From NCBI GenBank assembly GCA_032718475.1, contig JAUCBJ010003640.1, positions 1 through 54,749 on the forward strand: a stretch of DNA of 54,749 nt, given 5' to 3'. Positions within the stretch are counted from its first letter, which is position 1, and each line of letters starts with the position of its first letter. The notes under the pieces are model-generated. The model saw only the letters and a program-made list of their open reading frames with translations, had not been told where the DNA came from and made no database searches. This document shows positions 39,319 to 49,463 of the stretch, piece by piece. The DNA comes from Nemertoderma westbladi. Taxonomy: Eukaryota > Animalia > Xenacoelomorpha. Position numbers and translations under genes: made by a program.

Positions 39319-41841
39319 TTACGGTTTAGATTTCTGCTTACTAAGAATACTCTGTCTCGCTTTAACAAAGGCCAATATATCAGCGTCCGCCTGGGCGTCT
39401 CCCGTTAGGGGGATATTACTATCGGGGGCAAAATTAGTTCCATCTCCGCTAGTACCGGTACTGTAAGACGACGGGTTATACGGAATTCCATTCCTATTTC
39501 CGTTGGACTTGGAATTACTTAGACCTGAGCGTAGACTAGGAGTTTGATAGTCTCTACCCTGATCCTGCACACCTTTGCCCTTTTGGCTCCCCCAACCATT
39601 GCCTTCACTCTTTTCTTCAGAATGGGCTGAATTATTTATCTTAGCCCCTCCTCCACTACCACTAGCGCCGGCCGCAACCCCCCCACTCCCACCCGTTACC
39701 CTCCCACTCCCACCCGTTACCCTCCCACTACCACCCGTTACCCTTCCACTCCCACCCGTTACCTTCCCGCTCCCATTCCCACCCGTTACCCTCCCACTCC
39801 CACCCAACTTGGATTTTTGTTCCTCAACTAAATGCATTTCCATTTCCCACCACGTCTCGAAATCTCGATGTAGTTGCAACTTCGATTTCTCTAACAAATG
39901 CTGCAGATGTTCGATTTCTGATTTAAAAGCTTTTAATTTCGCCAAAGAAGTTTTATACAATTGTTTCTGTACTTCTATACTTTCTTTCAGCTGCTCTTCC
40001 ACCACATCAACGCCATCCACTGGGCCTTCTCCTAACTCATTACGGACCGCCATTTGCAGACGACGCTGTTCCAGCTTACCTTTGATATCGTTGATGGCGT
40101 TTTTGGCGCTATTAACCGTCTCTCCTAACATCTTCGCCTCGTTGTACCTCGTCTTGAGAACTTCTTTGCGATCTTCTATGGTATCCGCGTGCTCGTAATC
40201 CATCTTAAAGATATCGAATGCCTGTTGACGACCAACTGACATGTCGGTTAACATCAGTTTCCTGAGACGGACACTGGCTGCGTCGGCCGGCAGGGTTTGC
40301 GAGGGTCTACCGTTGTGGGAAGCCTTCCTATTGGACGTCACTGGGTCGCCACCAGCAACCCCAGGACCCCCGACCTTCTGTCGCCCAGACTTGCCCTTCT
40401 CTTTCCTTAACATCTCCACGAGTATTCCAATCTCGGTGTCCCGTTGTTTAACCAACTCGTGCAGTCGTGCCGCATCCGGAGTCAGGTAACTCGTGTTCGC
40501 AGACACTTCGCCCGCCCGCGACCCAACCACAGCAGACTCCTCCCTCTTGTTGCTAAGCAACATATTCTTAAACAAGTAGAAGGCGCGATTAATCTTCCTC
40601 ATATCCGCCCCCAAGTCGAGTAAGGCATCGCCTTCCTTATTGGCGATGTATTCGTTAACCGCCTTACTGCAAGCCTCCAGTTCGTACTCCGCTAAAGGAT
40701 CGCTAGACTGGTCACCTAGCAACCCCAACTGGTTCTTCAGCTCTCGGACTTCCTGCTTCAACCGACCTATAACGATCCTCGAGTCCACCTCCTCGTTAAT
40801 AGTGACTTCGTTTTTAATGAGAGCGACTCTCTGAGCGAACTTACAGGTTGATATGGTTTCCTCCAGGTTTCGCGTCTCGGCAGACATGTTGGCTATCATT
40901 GTGGTCTTACAGTTGCCCCCGAGACTATCCCTAAGCACTGATGTCATCATGGAGTTCCTGTAAGGGATGTGTTTACGTTCCTTCTCCGACAGAGCCACTA
41001 TTACTTGCTCCAGGAAATGTAAACTTAAGTTGATATATTTCGCCTCGGTTAGTATGATACCATCCGAGCCTGTCTTATGGACCCGCTCGCTACCAGCGAG
41101 GTCTACCAAATGGAATTTAGATTTTTTTATAGTTGCGCTGCCAGTTTCCCTACATCGTATATGGATGGTGAATATGCAATGCGATCGAGTAGAAGCCTCA
41201 TTCATAGGAGTTTCCGCTATCATTCTGTTTGTATCGCCAACGAATAACAAATTAAGTGCGTCTTCTTCGCTATTGGCCTGATGAAAACTCAGATTTTTTA
41301 AATGAATATTCTGATCGGGATCTTCCATTAAAGTAACCCTGGGGAGATCTTCTAACTTGGATGCCTCGTGTTTGGGATCGAGAAGATCGTAGCCATTCTC
41401 GTTGTATATCTCCAAGTAGGTTATATGAGTGGTATAGATGAATCCGGGGTTCTTGCTGTATTCCTGGAATAGGTAGGCGAGAGTTCGGGGAATTATTCCC
41501 CGGTCGGCGAACCGTTCGGGCCCACCCGTTATGGTAAAGGTTTTACCGGATCCAGTCTGCCCGTACGCGAATATAGTTCCGTTGTAGCCTTCTAGACAGT
41601 TGCTAATCACCGGCTTGGCGACAACGTCAAACACTTCCTCTTGGTATGAGTCTTCATCGAATATTCGGTTGAACTTAAAAGTAAACTCGTCTCGTCTGTT
41701 GTTTATGTAGTCCAACTGCTTGTCCTTGGATACTGAGAATGAAATTGAGGTCTTGTCTTCATTGTTACAAGTGTAGTTTGTTCTTTTACTGCCACGGGTG
41801 GGTCGAAGTCTTCCGAATATTTGAATGCCGTGTTTCACCAT
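39319..41841 (-). CDS. KIF6: Kinesin-9 family motor KIF6, single exon, 840 aa
   Basis: N-terminal motor domain with P-loop GQTGSGKT, switch I NEASTRSH, switch II LVDLAGSER, HIPYRNS and LRDSLGGNC. KIF6-type start MVKHGIQIF, TFTITGG.ERF.DRGIIPR, NRMIAETPMN and C-terminal IPLTGD..AD.DI.AF.KARQ distinguish it from KIF9. Confidence 0.95.
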   Translation of the reverse strand: MVKHGIQIFGRLRPTRGSKRTNYTCNNEDKTSISFSVSKDKQLDYINNRRDEFTFKFNRIFDEDSYQEEVFDVVAKPVISNCLEGYNGTIFAYGQTGSGKTFTITGGPERFADRGIIPRTLAYLFQEYSKNPGFIYTTHITYLEIYNENGYDLLDPKHEASKLEDLPRVTLMEDPDQNIHLKNLSFHQANSEEDALNLLFVGDTNRMIAETPMNEASTRSHCIFTIHIRCRETGSATIKKSKFHLVDLAGSERVHKTGSDGIILTEAKYINLSLHFLEQVIVALSEKERKHIPYRNSMMTSVLRDSLGGNCKTTMIANMSAETRNLEETISTCKFAQRVALIKNEVTINEEVDSRIVIGRLKQEVRELKNQLGLLGDQSSDPLAEYELEACSKAVNEYIANKEGDALLDLGADMRKINRAFYLFKNMLLSNKREESAVVGSRAGEVSANTSYLTPDAARLHELVKQRDTEIGILVEMLRKEKGKSGRQKVGGPGVAGGDPVTSNRKASHNGRPSQTLPADAASVRLRKLMLTDMSVGRQQAFDIFKMDYEHADTIEDRKEVLKTRYNEAKMLGETVNSAKNAINDIKGKLEQRRLQMAVRNELGEGPVDGVDVVEEQLKESIEVQKQLYKTSLAKLKAFKSEIEHLQHLLEKSKLQLHRDFETWWEMEMHLVEEQKSKLGGSGRVTGGNGSGKVTGGSGRVTGGSGRVTGGSGRVTGGSGGVAAGASGSGGGAKINNSAHSEEKSEGNGWGSQKGKGVQDQGRDYQTPSLRSGLSNSKSNGNRNGIPYNPSSYSTGTSGDGTNFAPDSNIPLTGDAQADADILAFVKARQSILSKQKSKP
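39682..39805 (-). repeat. 21-bp coding repeat (GGSGRVT)n in the KIF6 tail
   Basis: CCCACTCCCACCCGTTACCCT repeats about 5.5 times on +, with one unit extended to 27 bp. The frame is preserved. Confidence 0.9.
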
Positions 41842-42074
41842 TATTATTTGGTCAACAAATCATTTTTGCCACTGTGAATAGTTACAACTATTTTTATGCT
41901 CAAACTGTCAAAACTTACCACTTACACTTACTGCAGCGTGTACAGTACAGCCTACAGCGTACAATATGGTTATACTATTAGCATATTACCGTACCAGTAT
42001 CAGTACCTACTGCTAAAATGCGCTTCCGGTACGACCTTGGCTTCAGGCTTATGCAGTGAATCTGTATAATAACA

Positions 42075-42325
42075 ATTACCGGGAAACAAACAACATTTAC
42101 CAGTTTACACATATAAGTAGGCCTAAAACCCTGATTCAGTGATAACGCCAACTGCAGAACAGTAGGCCTACCGTACCTAATAGAATGATAAACTTCGCAT
42201 CATCTGTTACATGATTGTTGATAGGGGTTCCCCCGGCTTTAAATCATAATGCTATGGAAACGAACTACCCCCTTTCAAAACTAAATTTGGTAATTTTAAT
42301 TTTGGTTTTTTAATTGCCATGTTAC
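42075..42325 (-). promoter_or_regulatory. Candidate RFX X-box motifs upstream of KIF6
   Basis: Minus strand: GTTTCCATAGCATT (42248-42261; 12/14 to GTTTCCATAGCAAC), GTTTCCCGGTAAT (42075-42087) and GTAACATGGCAAT (42313-42325), lying 230-480 bp upstream of the ATG. Confidence 0.45.
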
Positions 42326-42539
42326 AGCGACGAGCCTTTATAACAAAACAATAATCGAAACTGGACAACCATAAATTTGTAGTTTTTGTTGCTCCTACAT
42401 TAATAATAATGTGAAGTGTAAAATCGTAAAAATTAAATATCCGCGAATACCAGGTTGTATTTTAGTTCAGCTTAACTTGATATGTTTCTCATCGGATGTC
42501 AACAAAAAAGACCAAAAAGAATCAACACCCCATGTCGGG

Positions 42540-43340
42540 GTATAATTTATTTATACATTATATAGTTATAGCACTAAATAAAATAATAATAAACAATAAA
42601 ATTGCTACATAGTTTATAATATTAAATCAAATTAGGTCCTTATTTAATTAGTTGTTTAGTTAATCCAAGGTAAGTTGTGATACTGTGGGGGGGGGGGGGG
42701 GGGGGCAGAGGCGCAATTGGATATGTGTAGGCGATTGGCGCAGCACTCGCCACAGAACCTACACAGACATTCTGACAAAGTAAGCGGATGGAATGGGGTT
42801 TATTTGGTGCATAATTTGTGGTGGAATCCATGGCTGGTAGAGCTGTCGAGGTAAATGCTGGTCCATATATATATTCCTCAGAATCAAGGTATATGGTCCA
42901 TGATAACTTCTATCAGCTATCGATAACTTCTATCAGCGTTGTTTCATTAATTATTCGCAGAGCCTATACCTTCGATCTATCGGGTCGAAGATGTTGTTTT
43001 ATCTAGCCCAAGTAGACGTTTTGCGAACGTCGCTTTATTTTATCCAGATCTATGAGGTGGTGGAGTTAAGAAATCTACTGTATGTTGAGAGAGCATATAG
43101 TGCCATTGGGGAGACTTTCCCATTGAATAGTTTCATTGCTGTTGTGACTGATAGTAGTTGGAGTTGGCGAAGGGACCCTATTATTTTAAATGCTTTCACT
43201 TTTTTCGTCTGTATATGATGGTGAAGCTGGATATAATTGTTATACCAAAGTATTCGTTCGTATTCATTTGCTATTTTAACTGGTTTCCCATTGTTGATAA
43301 AGTTGTCTTGCTTTGATAGGCGACCACCTTTTCTGAATTT
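42540..43340 (-). mobile_element. 5'-truncated degenerate LINE (CR1/L2-group ORF2 C-terminus plus 3' UTR)
   Basis: Minus-strand pieces in order: KFRKGGRLSKQDNF..GKPVKIANEY/YFGIT, TAMKLFNGKVSPMALYA, LDKIK..FAKRLLGL, HGFHHKLC, ECLCRFCGECCANRLH. An AT-rich UTR ends in AATAAATTATAC. Clade assignment is from memory of motif style. Confidence 0.75.
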
Positions 43341-43899
43341 AAGGGGGGGGGGGGGGGGGGGGGGGGCTACTAAACAGTTTAAAACTTTTAAACTTGTTTA
43401 GCGCTAGTAAACATCGTCTGGACTATGTACGAATAACCAAATCGAATATTTTTAAACTTGGCCCCAAAATGGCTCCACAATGGCCAAAAGAGCCTGTTTG
43501 CGCCAAGGGCTATTTCTCCACCAATATTTGTTGAAATTTGTCGAAATTTGGAATATTATGTTCAGAACCATGCATCCAATTCTTCTGAACAAATTTTGCC
43601 TCAAATACTCTGGAGCCTTTTTAGAATAAAAAGGCACCAAAATTGGCGGAGAAATTGCGTTTTTCATGAAAAAACGTCATTCTGAGAGATATTGGTGTGT
43701 TATTAATTCTCAGCTTGATTAGTTTTTAAGATGATGACGATTTTTCTACGGCATGATTGCATAAAAAATTAAAATTTATATTAATTGAATGAAGAAATAA
43801 TGTCTTTTTGGTAATCTTTATGATCTAACTATTTTAGTAACTTCATTTTGTTCTAAAATTGTCTTCATTTTGAATATAAATATTCATCGATAGACTGAT

Positions 43900-45234
43900 T
43901 GACGGACGGACAGACTGACAGAAAGACAGACAAGATTTTGACAATCATGAAAACAGATACCAGAAATGAAATTAGCGACCTCGAAAACCTCAGTAGCGAA
44001 AATTTTAGCTTGCTATGTAAGTATTTAGTATAATTTGACGGACAGTCTGGCAGACAGACAGACAGACAAGATTTTGACAATCATGAAAACAGATACCAGA
44101 AATGAAATTAGCGACCTCGAAAACCTCAGTAGCGAAAATTTTAGCTTGCTATGTAAGTATTTAGTATAATTTGACGGACAGTCTGGCAGACAGACAGACA
44201 GACAAGATTTTGACAATCATGAAAACAGATACCAGAAATGAAATTAGCGACCTCGAAAACCTCAGTAGCGAAAATTTTAGCTTGCTATGTAAGTATTTAG
44301 TATAATTTGACGGACAGTCTGGCAGACAGACAGACAGACAAGATTTTGACAATCATGAAAACAGATACCAGAAATGAAATTAGCGACCTCGAAAACCCCC
44401 GTAGCGAAAATTTTAGCTTGCCATGTAAGTATTTAGTATAATTTGACGGACAGTCTGGCAGACAGACAGACAGACAAGATTTTGACAATCATGAAAACAG
44501 ATACCAGAAATGAAATTAGCGACCTCGAAAACCTCAGTAGCGAAAATTTTAGCTTGCTATGTAAGTATTTAGTATAATTTGACGGACAGTCTGGCAGACA
44601 GACAGACAGACAAGATTTTGACAATCATGAAAACAGATACCAGAAATGAAATCAGCGACCTCGAAAACCTCAGTAGCGAAAATTTTAGCTTGCTATGTAA
44701 GTATTTAGTATAATTTGACGGACAGTCTGGCAGACAGACAGACAGACAAGATTTTGACAATCATGAAAACAGATACCAGAAATGAAATTAGCGACCTCGA
44801 AAACCTCAGTAGCGAAAATTTTAGCTTGCTATGTAAGTATTTAGTATAATTTGACGGACAGTCTGGCAGACAGACAGACAGACAAGATTTTGACAATCAT
44901 GAAAACAGATACCAGAAATGAAATTAGCGACCTCGAAAACCCCCGTAGCGAAAATTTTAGCTTGCCATGTAAGTATTTAGTATAATTTGACGGACAGTCT
45001 GGCAGACAGACAGACAGACAAGATTTTGACAATCATGAAAACAGATACCAGAAATGAAATTAGCGACCTCGAAAACCTCAGTAGCGAAAATTTTAGCTTG
45101 CTATGTAAGTATTTAGTATAATTTGACGGACAGTCTGGCAGACAGACAGACAGACAAGATTTTGACAATCATGAAAACAGATACCAGAAATGAAATCAGC
45201 GACCTCGAAAACCCCCGTAGCGAAAATTCCAGCT
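43900..45234. repeat. 136-bp tandem array, about 9.7 copies, with internal (GACA)n
   Basis: CAAGATTTTGACAATCATG starts every 136 bp from 43931 to 45155. Units are near-identical. Confidence 0.98.
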
Positions 45235-45289
45235 CTGTGCTTCTTCATTAACGTACATATACACACGAAGTGGGGACTTCGCGCAGCAC

Positions 45290-45782
45290 GAAGTTGGCGA
45301 AGCCTTAGCGAATTGACACTGTTAGGGGGTGGGTCAATTTATGCAAATAGTTGTCGTCGTTAGTTGTTTTCACTTTCAGACCTTTGGCCCTCTAGCGGCA
45401 GACTGGAGAACTGCAGATGGATTCGCCTCCTTTGAAAGTCACAGCTAATGGTCTAATACATATCTGCCAAGTTTCAGCTTAAACGGATTAAAAGCAAAGA
45501 AATGGGAGGGCATTTAATGTTTAGACATGTGGCCCTCTAGCGGGAGACCATTGCACTGATGGTGTCTGAAAGTCTCTCAAAAATCTCAACTTTTGCTCAT
45601 ATTGATACCTACAAATTTTCAACTTGGCAGCTTTAAATCCGACAAAGTTATTAGCATGTCAAAATCGTAACGACGACGACGACGACAACGAAGACGACGA
45701 CGACAACGACGACGACGACAACTATTTGCATAAATTGACCCACCCCCTAACAGTGTCAATTCGCTAAGGCTCCGCCAACTTC
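45290..45782. mobile_element. Non-autonomous element with ~75-bp terminal inverted repeats and a (GAC)n microsatellite
   Basis: GAAGTTGGCGAAGCCTTAGCGAATTGACACTGTTAGGGGGTGGGTCAATTTATGCAAATAGTTGTCGTCGT on the left, with its reverse complement ending at 45782. Internal direct repeat GGCCCTCTAGCGG at about 45386 and 45532. No clear target-site duplication. Confidence 0.8.
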
Positions 45783-45899
45783 TACACATATGATTATTAC
45801 ACATTGACAGAATAATAAATATAAAATTTTGAGCGGGAGGGTTCAAACTTTAAACCCATTTTACTCGGAATTATTTTTTCTCGTTTTTGTTCCACTCAA

Positions 45900-46170
45900 A
45901 ATGCTACTCCTCAGTCATTTTTTCATCAAATCGTTTGAAATTTTCACACAGTGATCTAGAGATGTTGAGCAATAAAACTTCTAGACATAATTTTTTATTT
46001 TTTGAATTTAAGTGGAGTTTTGGGCCGACAAATAAAAATAAAAATTCAAATAAAAAATACACTTCCGGTCAAAATTTCAAAACTCAGTCTAGAAGTTCTG
46101 TAAAGCAGCCCCCACTGATGCCTCTTGCCAAATTTGAATTTAACTTGACTTAAATTCTAGGAGCCTTAGC
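45900..46170. mobile_element. Imperfect fold-back segment, probable non-autonomous element body
   Basis: AACTTCTAGAC (45976-45986) and GTCTAGAAGTT (46087-46097) form a perfect inverted pair. Weaker nested pairs include TTTTGAATTT/AAATTTCAAAA. The segment runs directly into the 51-bp array. Confidence 0.45.
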
Positions 46171-46200
46171 AATTAGAATGAAAATCAGAATCATGAAAAT

Positions 46201-47717
46201 CACCGTACAACACACCCAGGCCAAGTATAAAAATAGTTGATCCGAAACAGCCACCGTACAACACACCCAGGCCAAGTATAAAAATAGTTGATCCGAAACA
46301 GCCACCGTACAACACACCCAGGCCAAGTATAAAAATAGTTGATCCGAAACAGCCACCGTACAACACACCCAGGCCAAGTAGAAAAATAGTTGATCCGAAA
46401 CAGCCACCGTACAACACACCCAGGCCAAGTATAAAAATAGTTGATCCGAAACAGCCACCGTACAACACACCCAGGCCAAGTATAAAAATAGTTGATCCGA
46501 AACAGCCACCGTACAACACACCCAGGCCAAGTATAAAAATGGTTGATCCGAAACAGCCACCGTACAACACACCCAGGCCAAGTATAAAAATAGTTGATCC
46601 GAAACAGCCACCGTACAACACACCCAGGCCAAGTATAAAAATGGTTGATCCGAAACAGCCACCGTACAACACACCCAGGCCAAGTATAAAAATAGTTGAT
46701 CCGAAACAGCCACCGTACAACACACCCAGGCCAAGTATAAAAATAGTTGATCCGAAACAGCCACCGTACAACACACCCAGGCCAAGTATAAAATAGTTGA
46801 TCCGAAACAGCCACCGTACAACACACCCAGGCCAAGTAGAAAAATAGTTGATCCGAAACAGCCACCGTACAACACACCCAGGCCAAGTATAAAAATAGTT
46901 GATCCGAAACAGCCACCGTACAACACACCCAGGCCAAGTATAAAAATAGTTGATCCGAAACAGCCACCGTACAACACACCCAGGCCAAGTATAAAAATAG
47001 TTGATCCGAAACAGCCACCGTACAACACACCCAGGCCAAGTATAAAAATAGTTGATACGAAACAGCCACCGTACAACACACCCAGGCCAAGTATAAAAAT
47101 AGTTGATCCGAAACAGCCACCGTACAACACACCCAGGCCAAGTATAAAAATAGTTGATCCGAAACAGCCACCGTACAACACACCCAGGCCAAGTATAAAA
47201 ATAGTTGATCCGAAACAGCCACCGTACAACACACCCAGGCCAAGTAGAAAAATAGTTGATCCGAAACACCCACCGTACAACACACCCAGGCCAAGTATAA
47301 AAATAGTTGATCCGAAACAGCCACCGTACAACACACCCAGGCCAAGTAGAAAAATAGTTGATCCGAAACAGCCACCGTACAACACACCCAGGCCAAGTAG
47401 AAAAATAGTTGATCCGAAACACCCACCGTACAACACACCCAGGCCAAGTATAAAAATAGTTGATCCGAAACAGCCACCGTACAACACACCCAGGCCAAGT
47501 AGAAAAATAGTTGATCCGAAACACCCACCGTACAACACACCCAGGCCAAGTATAAAAATAGTTGATCCGAAACAGCCACCGTACAACACACCCAGGCCAA
47601 GTAGAAAAATAGTTGATCCGAAACAGCCACCGTACAACACACCCAGGCCAAGTATAAAAATAGTTGATCCGAAACAGCCACCGTACAACACACCCAGGCC
47701 AAGTATAAAAATAGTTG
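46201..47717. repeat. 51-bp tandem array, about 30 copies
   Basis: Unit CACCGTACAACACACCCAGGCCAAGTATAAAAATAGTTGATCCGAAACAGC, near-identical copies, with one 50-bp unit near 46790. Confidence 0.98.
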
Positions 47718-48509
47718 TAAATGTTGAAATATCACCAGACAGCACATTGTATTAAACCAAACATTTACAATTTGCACCGATTAGGGCTCCATTCGAATAA
47801 TTAAATATATTTAACATTATTAATACTTCTGTTATTTTAGAACGATAAACTTCACACGGCTATTAATTATAATTATTAATATGGCCATCCAGGCCCGTAC
47901 CGTGCGGGGGGGGGGGGGGGGGGGGGGGCTGCGGGTCAGCGGGTTGGGCAAGGGAAAATCAACTCAGATATATTTCCACGAAGTTGAAATTCCAATTTCC
48001 AACGGTCGAATTGGGAGACGAATAATTAAAGGGACACATTGTCGTATAGACGACAGACACATATAGTGCGAAAACAGTCTCAAAGAGATATAATAAAAAC
48101 AACCACCGACAACCAACCAGTGTGAATGAAATAATTCCAAAAATCAAACACTGTTAAGATTGGCAGCGCGCTGTAATATAGAACATTACAGATAGTAGAG
48201 ATACGGCAAGACAGCTATTTGTTTTTCTGCCAACCACTCCAAACATTCAATATTAACATTACGCCAATATACTGAACAGTTTTCGCTGGGCCCTTTTTCG
48301 ACGTATTTTTCAAAAGTTTTTTATTTTTGTTCCAGATTCTTTTTATTTTATATTGTTATTGAAAACATACAGTTTTACTCTTTCGGACCAGTTCTTCCGT
48401 CAGAGAAAAAACGTCCCAAACTCGACATAGCGAGAACGGCACTTTAGGCATCAGATAAATATCACAGCTATAAAAATAAAGTATAAAATAAGTAAGTTTA
48501 TAATGGATG

Positions 48510-49463
48510 TTAAAGGCAGCGGGTATAAACGTCGATAGGTTCGGGCAGGTCTTCTGTGACGAGGATGTCCTTACACTTATCTATTAGAGTGACCAACTCA
48601 GATCGGTTGATATTCTCTAGGAACATAATATCCTCGAGGTGATGTCGCTGTCGGAACAACGGACAGAGTTTAACGAAGAGAGCGCGCTCGGTTCCCTGGA
48701 GGGCGTCGCAACGCTGCAGTGCGGCCGACTCGCGTGGCGTTAACGCGGACTCGGAGAAACTCCCCCCGCGCGGGGAGAACTCCCGGTTGCACGAGGTCGA
48801 GCGAACCCGCCGATCGACGAACAGTTGCTCCCCGGGGAACACTGTCTCGGCGCCGGATGGGTGCCGGAAGTTACGAGATAAACAAGTAACGACCTCCTCG
48901 CAGATTAAACTCACGAATGTGTGGAGTTGCACGATGAACCGGTGTTGGAGAAGCCAGGCGACCATGGCGATTAGTTCCACGCGCGGTAGGACGCAGTTTA
49001 ACGGGTCCAGATGGTGGCTGAGGGAGGCCGGGACGCTGAAATCGGCGAGGACGTGGAAGAGGCGGCGTTCGGGGAACTGGGAGGCAAATTCGAGTTGGTA
49101 CTGCGAGTCGGGTTGATAGCGGGACAGTTTAACGTGCGGCGACACGCAGTAAACGTTGGTTTCTACTATGGGGTAGACGAGCAACGCTTTGCCCCAGGCG
49201 ATTAGATGGGCGGCGAGTTTGAATACCTGGTGGGAGTGGAGGCCGGTGTCCTGGGCGAGGGTTAGGAAGCTGCGCTGTGGGTTGGTGAGTCTGATGAGGC
49301 TGATGAGGGCCGGGGAGGAGTCGAGAGGGAGACTGTTGATAAGGTTGTTTGGTTCGTCCCGAAGGATTATGGTGTGGTAAGGTCGCATGTAGGAAAGAAT
49401 GTCGACTACATCGGAGTTAGTAACCGGGGATATTTCGGACAAGGAATCTTTGTCGATATGAAC
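48510..49463 (-). CDS. NPRL3: NPRL3 (GATOR1 subunit), exon 3 (last)
   Basis: Acceptor TTTTATTAG|GTT at 49464/49463, phase 0. Motifs MRPYHTIIL, LAQDTGL..QVFKLAAHLIAWGKA..YPI.ETNVYCVSP, MVAWLLQHRFIVQLHTFV and HHLEDIMFLENI.RSEL..LIDK. Stop TAA ends at 48510. Confidence 0.93.
   Translation of the reverse strand, partial: VHIDKDSLSEISPVTNSDVVDILSYMRPYHTIILRDEPNNLINSLPLDSSPALISLIRLTNPQRSFLTLAQDTGLHSHQVFKLAAHLIAWGKALLVYPIVETNVYCVSPHVKLSRYQPDSQYQLEFASQFPERRLFHVLADFSVPASLSHHLDPLNCVLPRVELIAMVAWLLQHRFIVQLHTFVSLICEEVVTCLSRNFRHPSGAETVFPGEQLFVDRRVRSTSCNREFSPRGGSFSESALTPRESAALQRCDALQGTERALFVKLCPLFRQRHHLEDIMFLENINRSELVTLIDKCKDILVTEDLPEPIDVYTRCL

Noticed and set aside
39575-41281. Plus-strand ORFs including a Pro-rich 207-aa ORF
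   Set aside because: They are antisense shadows of the KIF6 CDS and its 21-bp repeat.
43865-45168. Nine near-identical 63-71 aa ORFs
   Set aside because: There is one per 136-bp monomer, they start at non-ATG codons, and no domain is recognisable.
46150-47777. Three 450-530 aa hydrophobic repeat ORFs
   Set aside because: They are translations of the 51-bp array. All three frames are open, a 1-bp deletion switches frame mid-array, and units are near-identical with no synonymous bias.
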